DNA of 64,000 bases, taken from positions 4,128,001 to 4,192,000 of the forward strand of contig CP166615.1 of the NCBI GenBank assembly GCA_041937175.2, written 5' to 3'. The notes below the pieces were generated by a model, which was not told the DNA's origin, did not search any database, and was given only the letters and a program-made list of their open reading frames with translations. This document shows positions 29,192-38,958 of the stretch, in pieces. Source of the stretch: Limnothrix sp. BL-A-16 (GTDB lineage Bacteria > Cyanobacteriota > Cyanobacteriia > CACIAM-69d). Both the position numbers and the translations under genes were made by a program. Within the stretch, counting starts at the first letter, position 1. Each line of letters opens with the position of its first letter.

Positions 29192-29980
29192 ATGCTTGAC
29201 CACGCCAACAGTTCGCCTACCGAGTTGCCACCAAAGTTGCCAGCACCCGCACCAGCGGAGGGATCGACGACCTTTTGGGGATCTTTGGTCAATGGGGCGA
29301 TCGCGGCGGGCAGTGCCATTACCCTGCTGTGGTTGGGCTTGAACCTGTCGGAGTTGTCGCCATCGGGGGCAAATTATTTGGGCCCAGCCTTGAAGCTGAG
29401 CGAAGGCGTGGCCATTCCGCCTCTGGCCATGCGGGGCGGAGACCCTTATCTGCGGGCCTTGATGCGGACCATTTCGGTGAGCGAGGCCAATGGTCGCGAT
29501 CCTTACGCGATGCTTTACGGCGGCCGACGGGTTCGGAACCTGAGCCAGCATCCCCAGGAATGCGTGACGATTTTGCTGGGGCCCAATATGGGCAATTGCT
29601 CCACGGCGGCGGGTCGCTATCAAATGCTCGATCGCACCTGGTTTGAAAAGGCAAAGGCCTATCACCCCGATCGCCACAGTTGGGGGGTCTTGGGCCGCTA
29701 CAGTTTTGAGCCGGTTTATCAAGATTGGGTGGTTTATCGTTGGCTGAACGATCGGGCTGCTTGGGGGGTTGATTTGCGCCAGGCCTTGCGCCAGGGCCAG
29801 CTCGATCGAGTGTTGCGCCGTCTGTCTGGGACTTGGACGAGCTTGGGCTATGGCATTGAAACCAACCGCATGACCCGCTTGCTGCCCAGTGCCTATCGTC
29901 AAATTTTGCGGGAAGAGTTGAAACGAACTCAGGGGCCCGCCCAGCGGCCCGCCCAATCCAGCCCCGCTCCAGTGCCCTAG
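29192..29980 (+). CDS. Lambda-lysozyme-like muramidase (GH24/GH104) with N-terminal TM anchor
   Basis: LRALMRTISVSE, STAAGRYQML and WTSL motifs. Confidence 0.8.
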   Translation: MLDHANSSPTELPPKLPAPAPAEGSTTFWGSLVNGAIAAGSAITLLWLGLNLSELSPSGANYLGPALKLSEGVAIPPLAMRGGDPYLRALMRTISVSEANGRDPYAMLYGGRRVRNLSQHPQECVTILLGPNMGNCSTAAGRYQMLDRTWFEKAKAYHPDRHSWGVLGRYSFEPVYQDWVVYRWLNDRAAWGVDLRQALRQGQLDRVLRRLSGTWTSLGYGIETNRMTRLLPSAYRQILREELKRTQGPAQRPAQSSPAPVP

Positions 29981-30034
29981 CCAGACATGGCGTTCGATCT
30001 CGCCTCGCCACTGGGCCAGGGTTGTTGGGACAAC

Positions 30035-30895
30035 CTAGGCGACGCGCTGTTCAGTGACCAGGGTTAAGCTAGCCCAGGCTCCCTGAGCATCGTAGCTGCG
30101 GATCAGCCGTTGGCGCAGATTGGGGTTGATCAGCCAACCGGCCTCCAAAAAGAGCGGCTGTCGATAGTTGAGTTGCGTAGGAAAGGTGGCAGAAATTCCG
30201 TTGGGCAGCAAGAGCACCGTGCTGTTGCCTGCGCGGAACTCCAGCCGATTCCCTACAATCGCCGCGTCAGAGCCGATCGCCTGATTTCCGAACTTGAGCG
30301 TTTGCACCAGCCGATCGCCCGATCGCCGAACTTCCAGGTGCGACATGCCTGTTTGAGCCGGCTGAAAATCTGGATAGACCGTCACCCACTGCCCTTGCCA
30401 AACCCCCGGCAGCGCGGTTAACAGCGCTTCAGGGGTGAGCGGTTGGCCCGGCGGCAAGGTCGGCATAGGATCCAGGGTTTCCCGAATCAGGGAAAGGGGC
30501 ATTAACTGCGCTGCCTTGTCGTAGCGGATCACCACCCTTACCCGCAAGGGCCGAGCCACCAATCCCAACTCGGCCCCAAATTCGGAAAAGGGCCCCAATT
30601 GCATGGAGCCTTGGGAAAATGCGCCGGTTTCGAGGGCTAAGAATCCTCGCCCCAGGCTGCTGTAGGTGAGTTCTAAATCTTGAACAGGGGCAGCGGTTTC
30701 GATTTCAGGAAATTGTCCATCGGTTGTGGGGGCAAATTGACGCACCCGCTGATGAATGGTTTTGCCACCTTCGAGGGGGGTAATGCTGGTGATGCTGGGA
30801 CGATCGCTGAGGAGTTGTCCTTGGTCATCCGCCGTGGCAAAAGATCCATACCACTCACCCACGTTCTCTAGCAAGCAGTCCCAGGTCGATCGCAT
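30035..30895 (-). CDS. DUF3598 family protein
   Basis: MRSTWDCLLENVGEWYGSF N-terminus, GAFSQGSMQL and RLIRSYD..GAW.SLTLVTE motifs. Confidence 0.8.
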   Translation of the reverse strand: MRSTWDCLLENVGEWYGSFATADDQGQLLSDRPSITSITPLEGGKTIHQRVRQFAPTTDGQFPEIETAAPVQDLELTYSSLGRGFLALETGAFSQGSMQLGPFSEFGAELGLVARPLRVRVVIRYDKAAQLMPLSLIRETLDPMPTLPPGQPLTPEALLTALPGVWQGQWVTVYPDFQPAQTGMSHLEVRRSGDRLVQTLKFGNQAIGSDAAIVGNRLEFRAGNSTVLLLPNGISATFPTQLNYRQPLFLEAGWLINPNLRQRLIRSYDAQGAWASLTLVTEQRVA

Positions 30896-30959
30896 GGCCC
30901 ATAGCAGAGAGAGGACTCCATCGATGGTATCGTAGTACCCGCAACGTTTCGAGACATTC

Positions 30960-32723
30960 ATGGACTCGCCACAGCCCTTGCGCCGCACCAAAATCGTCGC
31001 CACCATTGGCCCCGCCACTAACACGCCCGATGTGTTGCGATCGCTCATTGAAGCCGGTGCCACGACGCTTCGCCTCAACTTTTCCCATGGCAGCCATGCC
31101 GATCATCAGTCCAACATCAAGCTGATTCGGCAAATCTCCTTTGAGCTAAATCAGCCAGTGGCGATTCTGCAAGACCTTCAGGGGCCGAAAATTCGGCTGG
31201 GCAAATTTGCTGAAGGGTCGATCGTGTTGCAAAAGGGCGATCCCTTCGTGCTCACCAGCCGGGAAGTGGTGGGTAATCAGGACGCAAGCTCCGTCACTTA
31301 CGATTTGCTGGCGGAAGAAGTGCCTGAAAATGCCACGATTTTGCTCGATGACGGGCGCGTGGAAATGGTGGTGGAACGGGTCGATCGAGCCAAGGGCGAT
31401 CTCCACTGCCGCACCATTGTTGGCGGCCGCCTCTCGAACAACAAGGGCGTGAACTTCCCCGGGGTTTACCTGTCGATCAAGGCTTTGACCGACAAGGACA
31501 AAGAAGATTTGATGTTCGGCCTCGATCAAGGGGTCGATTGGGTGGCGTTGAGCTTTGTGCGCAATCCCCAAGACGTGCTGGAAATCCGCGAGATGATTGC
31601 CAGTCGGGGCAAAAACGTGCCCGTGATCGCCAAAATCGAAAAGCACGAGGCGATCGAGCAGATGGAGGCCATCCTTTCGCTGTGTAACGGCGTGATGGTG
31701 GCGCGGGGTGATCTGGGGGTGGAACTGCCCGCCGAAGACGTGCCCGTTCTGCAAAAGCGCCTGATTCGCACGGCTAATCGCCTGGGAATCCCGATCATCA
31801 CGGCAACCCAGATGCTCGACAGCATGGTCAGCAACCCACGGCCCACCCGTGCGGAAATCTCCGACGTGGCGAATGCCATCTTGGACGGTACTGATGCGGT
31901 AATGCTGTCCAACGAAACCGCTGTGGGTCAATATCCCGTGGAAGCCGTGGCCACCATGGCTCGGATTGCTGTGCGGATTGAACAGGAAAAATTCCAGTTC
32001 GATTTGGAAAGTGCTGGGCGATCAATCCCGAATGCGATTTCCAAGGCCGTTGGGGACATTGCGGCCCAGTTGGACGCAGCGGCGATCGTGACCCTCACCA
32101 AGTCCGGAGCCACCGCCCGCAACGTTTCCAAATTCCGTCCTAGTACGCCCATTTTGGCCGTCACGCCCCATGTCAACATTGCCCGCCAACTGCAATTGGT
32201 GTGGGGTGTGCGGCCGCTGATGGTGTTGGATTTGCCGTCACCCACCCAAACCCTGCAAGCGGCGATCGGGCTGGCCCAAGAACAGTACGTTCTGCGCGAA
32301 GGGGATTTGGTGGTGATGACCGCCGGTACGTTGCAAGGCATCTCCGGTTCCACAGACTTGATCAAAGTAGAAGTGGTGACCTCCGTGTTGGGCCGTGGCC
32401 GTGGCATTGGCCAAAGCTCCGTTAGCGGTCGGGCCCGGGTGGTGAAAAACCTGATGGATGCCAACTCCTTGGAAGCGGGCGAAATCCTCGTGGCTCCTGC
32501 TACCAGCGTTGATTGCATTGAAGCGATTCGCCGTGCCGGTGGCGTGATCACGGAAGATGGCAGCCTGACGGGGCACGCCGCCACGATCGCTCAGCGGTTA
32601 GGCATTCCCGTGATTGTCGGTGTGGACGGGGCCACCGATGCCATTCGTGACGGGGCGATCGTGACCTTGGATGCGCCGCGCGGAGCCATCTACTCGGGAG
32701 CGGTGGGAGCCATCAGCGAATAG
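30960..32723 (+). CDS. pyk: Pyruvate kinase with C-terminal PEP-utiliser mobile domain
   Basis: RRTKIVATIGPA, MVARGDLGVE, ATQMLDSM and SLTGHAA motifs. Confidence 0.97.
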   Translation: MDSPQPLRRTKIVATIGPATNTPDVLRSLIEAGATTLRLNFSHGSHADHQSNIKLIRQISFELNQPVAILQDLQGPKIRLGKFAEGSIVLQKGDPFVLTSREVVGNQDASSVTYDLLAEEVPENATILLDDGRVEMVVERVDRAKGDLHCRTIVGGRLSNNKGVNFPGVYLSIKALTDKDKEDLMFGLDQGVDWVALSFVRNPQDVLEIREMIASRGKNVPVIAKIEKHEAIEQMEAILSLCNGVMVARGDLGVELPAEDVPVLQKRLIRTANRLGIPIITATQMLDSMVSNPRPTRAEISDVANAILDGTDAVMLSNETAVGQYPVEAVATMARIAVRIEQEKFQFDLESAGRSIPNAISKAVGDIAAQLDAAAIVTLTKSGATARNVSKFRPSTPILAVTPHVNIARQLQLVWGVRPLMVLDLPSPTQTLQAAIGLAQEQYVLREGDLVVMTAGTLQGISGSTDLIKVEVVTSVLGRGRGIGQSSVSGRARVVKNLMDANSLEAGEILVAPATSVDCIEAIRRAGGVITEDGSLTGHAATIAQRLGIPVIVGVDGATDAIRDGAIVTLDAPRGAIYSGAVGAISE

Positions 32724-33443
32724 TTCACGAATCGTTGGCGAGCGACTCAATGAATTAGTTCAGCGAAAGGAGCGGGCTGGGGGTGACCCGGGCGATCGCC
32801 CTGTGGCGATCAAAAAACTGACCCCCGCCCTTTCCAAATTAGAGTTCAACCGGCAAAATACTGGCATCCCCCCGCCTGGTTAGCCCCGATCTCCCCACGG
32901 TTGGATCATCTCCACGGGCGAACCAAGTGGCGGGAAACGATCAATGCTGCTTTAGCGTGTCAAGCCGGCTGAAGACAAGCCAGTCACGAAAAAAGCAGAC
33001 CGCAAACAGCAGATAGCCAGACAGTTAGACAGTCAGACAGGGATAAAAACAGATGGGGTAAACGCTGGGTGAGCAGTTGTTTAACCAGTGGAAATGCTTG
33101 GTTAACCTCTCAGCCCAATTCAACTCAACCCAATTCAATTCAGCCCTTGTCTTTGGAGCCTGGCAATTCTTTACCAAAGGTTCATACGGAATGGGCGAAA
33201 GTTCATCCTAGCTTTACAGACAGCTAGGGGTTTTCGCATACCCTTAAAGTTATGAAAGTGCTGAAAACGCAATAAGGGCTAAAAACTCCATTGCATTCAC
33301 GCGCTTGCGGACGAAACAAAAAAGTCACCCCTTTGGGGTCTCCGCAGCGTGCCATCTCTGTCTGACATCTCTGGCAATCTCCACAGACCCTGCTCTAACT
33401 CTCTTTTCCTGCTCTAACTCTCTTTTTACGACAACGGTTCATT

Positions 33444-33476
33444 GGGTGAGTGTGACTGACACACCACCCTTTTTTT
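33444..33476 (+). terminator. Rho-independent terminator in the pyk-clpP intergenic region
   Basis: GGGTG(A)GTGTG-ACTGA-CACACCACCC followed by T7. Confidence 0.65.
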
Positions 33477-33750
33477 GTCCCTGGGCTTTGGGTTGCTGAT
33501 CTGACGCTGTTGGCCTAGCGCTGCTGTGGACTCGATCATCGCGGGGGGATGGCGAATCAGCCCATTAACCTTCGATCACTCTTGTTTGGAATCGAGAGCG
33601 TGAAATGGGCGACCAGCTTGTTTCGCCTAGGCTCCATCGCGATCGAGCAGACCTCAGGGCGGAGACCCGTATCAAGACCCCTAGAAGGTATTTGGCGCAA
33701 CTCGCTAGAATCAAGGTTGTTTCAGGTCATTCACAAGCCATAGGACGCGC

Positions 33751-34359
33751 ATGATCCCGACTGTTATCGAACAATCTGGCCGCGGCGAACGCGCTTTTGA
33801 TATTTATTCCCGGTTGCTGCGGGAGCGCATTGTGTTTTTGGGAACGGCGATCGATGCGGATGTGGCCAACTCGATCGTGGCGCAGCTCCTGTTCCTTGAC
33901 GCGGAAGATCCCGAACAGGATATCTACCTGTACATCAACTCCCCTGGGGGTTCGGTGACGGCTGGCATGGGCATCTATGACACGATGAATCACATCCGCC
34001 CGAGTGTTTGCACCATCTGCGTTGGGTTGGCGGCCAGCATGGGAGCGTTTTTGCTCAGTGCCGGTGAAAAGGGCAAACGGATGAGCTTGCCGAACTCTCG
34101 AATTATGATTCACCAACCCTTGGGCGGCGCACAGGGCCAAGCAACGGATATCGAAATCCAAGCTAAGGAAATTCTGTATCACAAGGCCAATCTCAACCGT
34201 TGCCTGGCGGATCACACGGGTCAACCCCTGAGCCGCATTGAAGAGGACACGGAACGTGATTTCTTCATGTCGGCTGGAGAAGCCCAGGACTATGGCCTGA
34301 TTGACCAGGTGATTAATCGTCGGCCGTCGGCTTCGGAGCCGTTGGTGGCTGCGGTTTAA
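33751..34359 (+). CDS. clpP: ATP-dependent Clp protease proteolytic subunit (ClpP1-type)
   Basis: [24 protein letters not shown]-terminus, GLAASMG and RIMIHQP motifs. Confidence 0.97.
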   Translation: MIPTVIEQSGRGERAFDIYSRLLRERIVFLGTAIDADVANSIVAQLLFLDAEDPEQDIYLYINSPGGSVTAGMGIYDTMNHIRPSVCTICVGLAASMGAFLLSAGEKGKRMSLPNSRIMIHQPLGGAQGQATDIEIQAKEILYHKANLNRCLADHTGQPLSRIEEDTERDFFMSAGEAQDYGLIDQVINRRPSASEPLVAAV

Positions 34360-34505
34360 GATGCGGCGGCGCGGCGGCGTGGCTGAGACTGTGTAACCGG
34401 CGTAACCGGCGCTGCATAACTTGCGCTGTGGGGCGATTGGCTTGCAGTGCTGGAAAAACTGAGGGCGCGGAATTTGGCATTGAATAGCCAACGATCGCGC
34501 GGGGG

Positions 34506-34703
34506 CAAGGGGCTTAAGCCCCTTGTCTGCTTTTGTAGGCCCCTTGTCTGTTTTTGTAGGCCTCTTGTCTGCTTTTGTAGGCCTCTTGTCTGTTTTTGTA
34601 GGCCCCTTGCCTGTTTTTGTAGGCCTCTTGTCTGTTTTTGTAGGCCCCTTGCCTGTTTTTGTAGGCCTCTTGTCTGTTTTTGTAGGCCCCTTGTCTGTTT
34701 TTG
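34506..34703. repeat. Palindrome (34506-34525) followed by 8 full and 1 partial 21-bp tandem units, CCYCTTGYCTGYTTTTGTAGG
   Basis: Units start at 34519, 34540, 34561 and so on to 34687. Confidence 0.92.
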
Positions 34704-34760
34704 GGGGATGAGGCCAGAGCGAGTCGTTGCCTTGAAGATGGCTGGCTGGGCTTGATGTTT

Positions 34761-35891
34761 CTAGAGGCGCAGGGCGATATGGTTGTCGATGCGCGCGATC
34801 GAGCCGTCGGGGCCGATCGCCCCAAATTGTTGACAGTAGTCCCGCACGATCGGGGGCAATTGCTGAAACTCAAAGAGCGTGTCCCCATTGGCCACATCGG
34901 CCCAGAAATTCCGCAACTGAGGAGCCAGCAAGAGCGCTTCGTCTTGCGATAGCCCCAAACCGCCATACATCAGCATTTTCAACATAAACGGCGGACTTCG
35001 ATCGCCCATCCACTGTCGAGAAAGGGCGGGCAAATCTTCCCAGCCGGGAACGGACTTCACGCGGCCCGATTCCACCTCCAACCAAGGATGACCCGCGCGA
35101 TCGCGCCGCAAAGTTACCAGGCGGAAGGGGTGGGGATAGCTGACCAAGGAGCCGGTGGTGATGTCATAGAGTCCGTCAGCTTCGGCAATGTCCTGCACAT
35201 GGAGATGGCCCGTAAAAACTAACTGGATCCCGGCCGATCGTAGCTTTTGGCGCAATTCGATCGCGTTTTGGAGCATGTAACGACGGCCCAGGGGGTGAGT
35301 CGCCTGTTCCGGCAAATGCTCCACCACGTTGTGATGCACCATCACCAGGGTCAGATCCTGCGGGTTGAGCTGGGCAAGGGTGCGATCGAGCCAGGCCATT
35401 TGCTCCGCATCGATCGCCCCAACAATCTCCTTGCCATCCTCGGAAAGTTGATTGGAATTCAGACCAATCAGTTTCAGACCGGGCAGTAGTTCCCGGATGT
35501 AATAGGGCTGCTGGGAATCCCCATAGCCAAAGTCCTGATACAGCGCCACAAACTCCGGCAAAGTCGTGATGCGGGGGTAGCTCGATTGGGCAGGAAAATC
35601 ATGGTTGCCCGGAACCACATAAACCGGATAGGGCAACTGTTTCAGCCGTTGTACCAGCCATTGATGATTTTCTGGTTCGCCATGTTGCGTCAGGTCACCG
35701 GGCAACAACAGGAAGTCTAAATTCAGTTGCTCCAGTCGCTCCAGGATTTGCTCCAGGGCCGGAATCGCCACCTCCACCAAGTGAAATCGACTCGGATGGT
35801 CCCAAACCGTGTGGGGCAAAGCGACATGTAAATCGCTGATGACGGCAAAGCGGCAGGGGCGATCGGGCCACGGGGCGATCGAGGAGGACAT
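34761..35891 (-). CDS. Calcineurin-like metallophosphoesterase
   Basis: SDLH, GDL, GNHD, HH and GHLH motifs. Confidence 0.9.
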   Translation of the reverse strand: MSSSIAPWPDRPCRFAVISDLHVALPHTVWDHPSRFHLVEVAIPALEQILERLEQLNLDFLLLPGDLTQHGEPENHQWLVQRLKQLPYPVYVVPGNHDFPAQSSYPRITTLPEFVALYQDFGYGDSQQPYYIRELLPGLKLIGLNSNQLSEDGKEIVGAIDAEQMAWLDRTLAQLNPQDLTLVMVHHNVVEHLPEQATHPLGRRYMLQNAIELRQKLRSAGIQLVFTGHLHVQDIAEADGLYDITTGSLVSYPHPFRLVTLRRDRAGHPWLEVESGRVKSVPGWEDLPALSRQWMGDRSPPFMLKMLMYGGLGLSQDEALLLAPQLRNFWADVANGDTLFEFQQLPPIVRDYCQQFGAIGPDGSIARIDNHIALRL

Positions 35892-36216
35892 AGGAAGCGA
35901 TGAACGGGGGCTGAAGAACTAGACAAGGACGATCCCCGCTCAAAAACGAGTATAGCCTTGCGTTTCCGCCCCCGGGCGCGATCGGGACTAAAGCAAGCAA
36001 TCTGTAGTGATTTTTAAATCGTTATTAACGCATGTGCTGATGAAGTAGTGAAATGATGGCTGACCTGATGACTAAACTGATGACTACAAAGGCTTTCCGC
36101 TTCAAATGGAGAAAACAAGATAATTTTCGTCAAGTATTTTGTAAAAAAAATTTACAAAGTGCTATACTGTGAAGCACAGGGCAACAAACAGCCCCCACAC
36201 CCTTCGGAGCAGTGCC

Positions 36217-36396
36217 ATGTACACCACCACTAACGAAACCGGCCAACTGAACAACTACGCCAAAGAGCCGAAGATGTACTACGCGCATTACCCCACCCTT
36301 TGGGAACAGCGCCGCTACGCGCAATTGGGTGGAGCCGCAGTCCTATTCCTGGGGCTAACTTTGGCAATTGCCTTCGCTGCATCCTCAGTGGCCTAG
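36217..36396 (+). CDS. psb34: Ssl1498-family PSII assembly protein Psb34
   Basis: MYTTTNETGQLNNYAKEPKMYYA..P...QRRY followed by a single C-terminal TM helix. Confidence 0.85.
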   Translation: MYTTTNETGQLNNYAKEPKMYYAHYPTLWEQRRYAQLGGAAVLFLGLTLAIAFAASSVA

Positions 36397-36621
36397 AGCA
36401 TTGGAACCTTCGGGGTTAGTGTTAGCAGAGTCAACCCCTTTCTGCACCCGTAAGGGTGGTCGTTGACTTCTAATCTCGTTGATGATCCACAATGACGGTT
36501 TGCAGCAACTTCCCAAAGTAATGTCCTGCAATGGTTGCCCGCAGCAATTACTTGCCACGACGATCTTTAGTCACCAATGGCTACTGTTGTCTGTAGCAAA
36601 CCAGCCGCCATAAATAATACG

Positions 36622-36666
36622 AAAGCCACCCCAGTGCTGAACATCGAGGTGGCTTTTGTTGTTTTT
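36622..36666 (+). terminator. Rho-independent terminator downstream of psb34
   Basis: AAAGCCACC...GGTGGCTTTT followed by a T-rich tail. Confidence 0.6.
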
Positions 36667-36773
36667 AAGACTCGAATAGAAGTTAATAACCCTCTTGTCC
36701 CTCAATGCTTTCTTTTCACTGGGGCAAAGGGGATGCGGCAATAAGGCTAACCATGTAATCATTTCGTTAGGGC

Positions 36774-36931
36774 TAGGGCCTGCTGTCAATTGCCCGAAAG
36801 CCTGATTCCACCGTGAGTAAATCGTGGGGGCAAGGGGCTTAAGCCCCTTGTTATGACGACTGATTCCCGTTGTTATGGCAACTGATTCCCGTTGTTATGG
36901 CAACTGATTCCCGTTGTTATGGCAACTGACT
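36774..36931. mobile_element. Partial family-1 MITE whose palindrome (36831-36850) runs into four 22-bp tandem units, CCCGTTGTTATGGCAACTGATT
   Basis: TAGGGCCTGCTGTCA...AAGCCTGATTCCACCGT..ATCGTGGGGGCAAGGGG matches the reverse complement of 17216-17282. Units start at 36844, 36866, 36888 and 36910. Confidence 0.75.
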
Positions 36932-36969
36932 TCGCAACTTTGACCCCATAAATTAGGGCGGCCACGCTA

Positions 36970-37485
36970 CTAGGCAAAGTCTGAAGGGATCGTCGTGGCG
37001 CTATTGGGCAGTGGATTGGGAATCATGTCGCCCTCTTGCCACTGTTGAACTTGGGAAAAGAGGTTGCGAACGGTTTCTTGAAAAGCTTCTCGGGTTACTT
37101 CAATACCTTGCATGACATCGCCGGGAATGTCGAAAAATACGAGGCTATCGATCGTTTCCATAGCCATCAGTTGAAACAAGATGTGCGTGACGGGAAACGG
37201 GGCCGCCATCAGGTTGGGATCTTTGGTGGGCATGGGGCCGCGGGCTGCGTCTTGCAGGCTGGGAAAGGCGTAGACTACATTTTTCTCGACTCCCTGTTCA
37301 CGGCGGTTCCCGAGGGTGACGCGCACCCAATCGCCATTCAGGGTTTGTAGGATGTAGTAGTCTTCGCGACTCAGTTGGTTGGCGAAGTAAATCAATGCTG
37401 GGGCGATCGCGGCAACGATTTCGGGAGTTTGACCGTCTTGGGGGGCATTGTCGATCAGAATTTGAATTTGGCTTTCAATATCCAT
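36970..37485 (-). CDS. Conserved cyanobacterial hypothetical protein
   Basis: 171-aa ORF with a protein-like sequence (LIDNAPQDGQTP, YYILQTL, HILFQL), divergent from hetZ. Confidence 0.75.
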   Translation of the reverse strand: MDIESQIQILIDNAPQDGQTPEIVAAIAPALIYFANQLSREDYYILQTLNGDWVRVTLGNRREQGVEKNVVYAFPSLQDAARGPMPTKDPNLMAAPFPVTHILFQLMAMETIDSLVFFDIPGDVMQGIEVTREAFQETVRNLFSQVQQWQEGDMIPNPLPNSATTIPSDFA

Positions 37486-37779
37486 AGGTTCAATGAAGAA
37501 GACGAAAAATGACGGTCAAGCTAGGCAGGGTGAGTAGCATTTTTAGCAATAGCCCTAGCGGCGATCGCTTACGCCACAGCGATCGCCGCGCTTTGCCGCA
37601 AGCATTGTGCCTGCGGGTTCTGTGGCAAGTCGTTGGGGACTAATGGGGGTTACCGATCGCACAGGCGGTGTAATCGTCTGTGGTGGTCATCGCTGAGTCG
37701 ATTATGCTTGTCATGGTAAACCGTTCCGTAGGACATCTCCGGAGTCTTGGGGTGGCATCAGTCGCAATGGTCGGTTGTA

Positions 37780-38958
37780 ATGTTGGCATCAGACGAGAGT
37801 TGTAGGGGCGTGGAATCGACGATCGATTTATTGCAGCGGGAGTTGCGGTCAGGAACGACGGCTCCAGAGGCGGTTTGTGCAGCGGTGGCCGATCGAATTG
37901 CGGCAGAAGTCGATCGCATCTGTACTGAAAGTCGTCGGATCCAGTCTTCCGGGGATGTGTTGGGTTGGGCCCACAGCCTGGCTCGTCACCGATTGCAACA
38001 GAATTTGCGCTATTACCAGTTGGGATCCCAACGCGGCCGAGCCGAGTTGCACAGTACCCTCAGTGCCATCATTTACCGATACATTTCCCCAGCCCGATCG
38101 CGCACGAGCTATCAAGCGCGGCTGTTGGCGATCGAGGATTTCCTCCAGGGATTTTATGTGGAAGCGCTAGGGGCTTTTCGGCGCGAAAACCAGTTGCCCC
38201 CAGACTATACCCCTCGGGTACGGCTGGAGTTGGCGGAATATATGGCGTTTGTGGAGCGCTACGCCAAGCGCCGGATTCCGTTGCCCGGTGGGCGATCGCA
38301 GCAGTTGATTGTGTTGCGGGCCCAAACCTTTGCCCGTCAACAGCCCCCGGAAACCTCAATCGACATGGATCAGGCCGCCGAAAGCGCCAGTGATAGCGGT
38401 GAGGGCTACTCCTGGGATGATGCATCGGTGCAGCAAGTGCGCGATCGAATCAGCGCCAAGGAATCCACCGATGTGATGGATGGGGCCCTGCGCCAGGCGG
38501 TTGTGGATGAATTAATTGCTTACCTGCGCGATCGTAACCAAGAGGAATGCGTTAACTATTTGGTGCTGCGATTAAAAGACTTATCCGCCAGCGAGATTGA
38601 GAAAGTCTTGGGTCTGGATGCCCGCCAGCGCGATTACTTACAACAGCGTTTTAAATATCACCTCATTCGCTTTGCTTTGCTCCACCGTTGGGAATTGGTT
38701 CACCAGTGGCTTGATGTGGATTTGGAGCGCGATTTAGGCTTAACCCCTCGTCAATGGGAAAGTTTGCTCAATCAACTGGGCCCGGAAATTACCAAATTGG
38801 TGGAGCTAAAACGCGCGGGATCAGATGATCGAACCGTGGCCCAAGCGATGGGGATCAGCGCTTCTCAAGTGCAAAAGCTATGGTTCAAGTTGCTGGAAAC
38901 CGCTTGGGAAATTCGTAATCGCACAGAGTCCGGAACGAGGAGGGGGACAGATGAATAG
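37780..38958 (+). CDS. hetZ: HetZ-related protein (HTH/sigma-like regulator)
   Basis: EVDRICTESRRIQ, YYQLGSQRGRAELHSTL, LAEYMAF.ERYAKRRI and RQRDYLQQRFKYH segments match recalled HetZ. Overlaps the downstream patU. Start uncertain (37747 or 37780). Confidence 0.8.
   Translation: MLASDESCRGVESTIDLLQRELRSGTTAPEAVCAAVADRIAAEVDRICTESRRIQSSGDVLGWAHSLARHRLQQNLRYYQLGSQRGRAELHSTLSAIIYRYISPARSRTSYQARLLAIEDFLQGFYVEALGAFRRENQLPPDYTPRVRLELAEYMAFVERYAKRRIPLPGGRSQQLIVLRAQTFARQQPPETSIDMDQAAESASDSGEGYSWDDASVQQVRDRISAKESTDVMDGALRQAVVDELIAYLRDRNQEECVNYLVLRLKDLSASEIEKVLGLDARQRDYLQQRFKYHLIRFALLHRWELVHQWLDVDLERDLGLTPRQWESLLNQLGPEITKLVELKRAGSDDRTVAQAMGISASQVQKLWFKLLETAWEIRNRTESGTRRGTDE

Noticed and set aside
34447..34966. 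ORFs encoding (CFCRPLV)n, (VFVGLLS)n and (AYKNRQE)n
   Set aside because: They are by-products of a 21-bp tandem repeat that is open in several frames, with no independent coding evidence.
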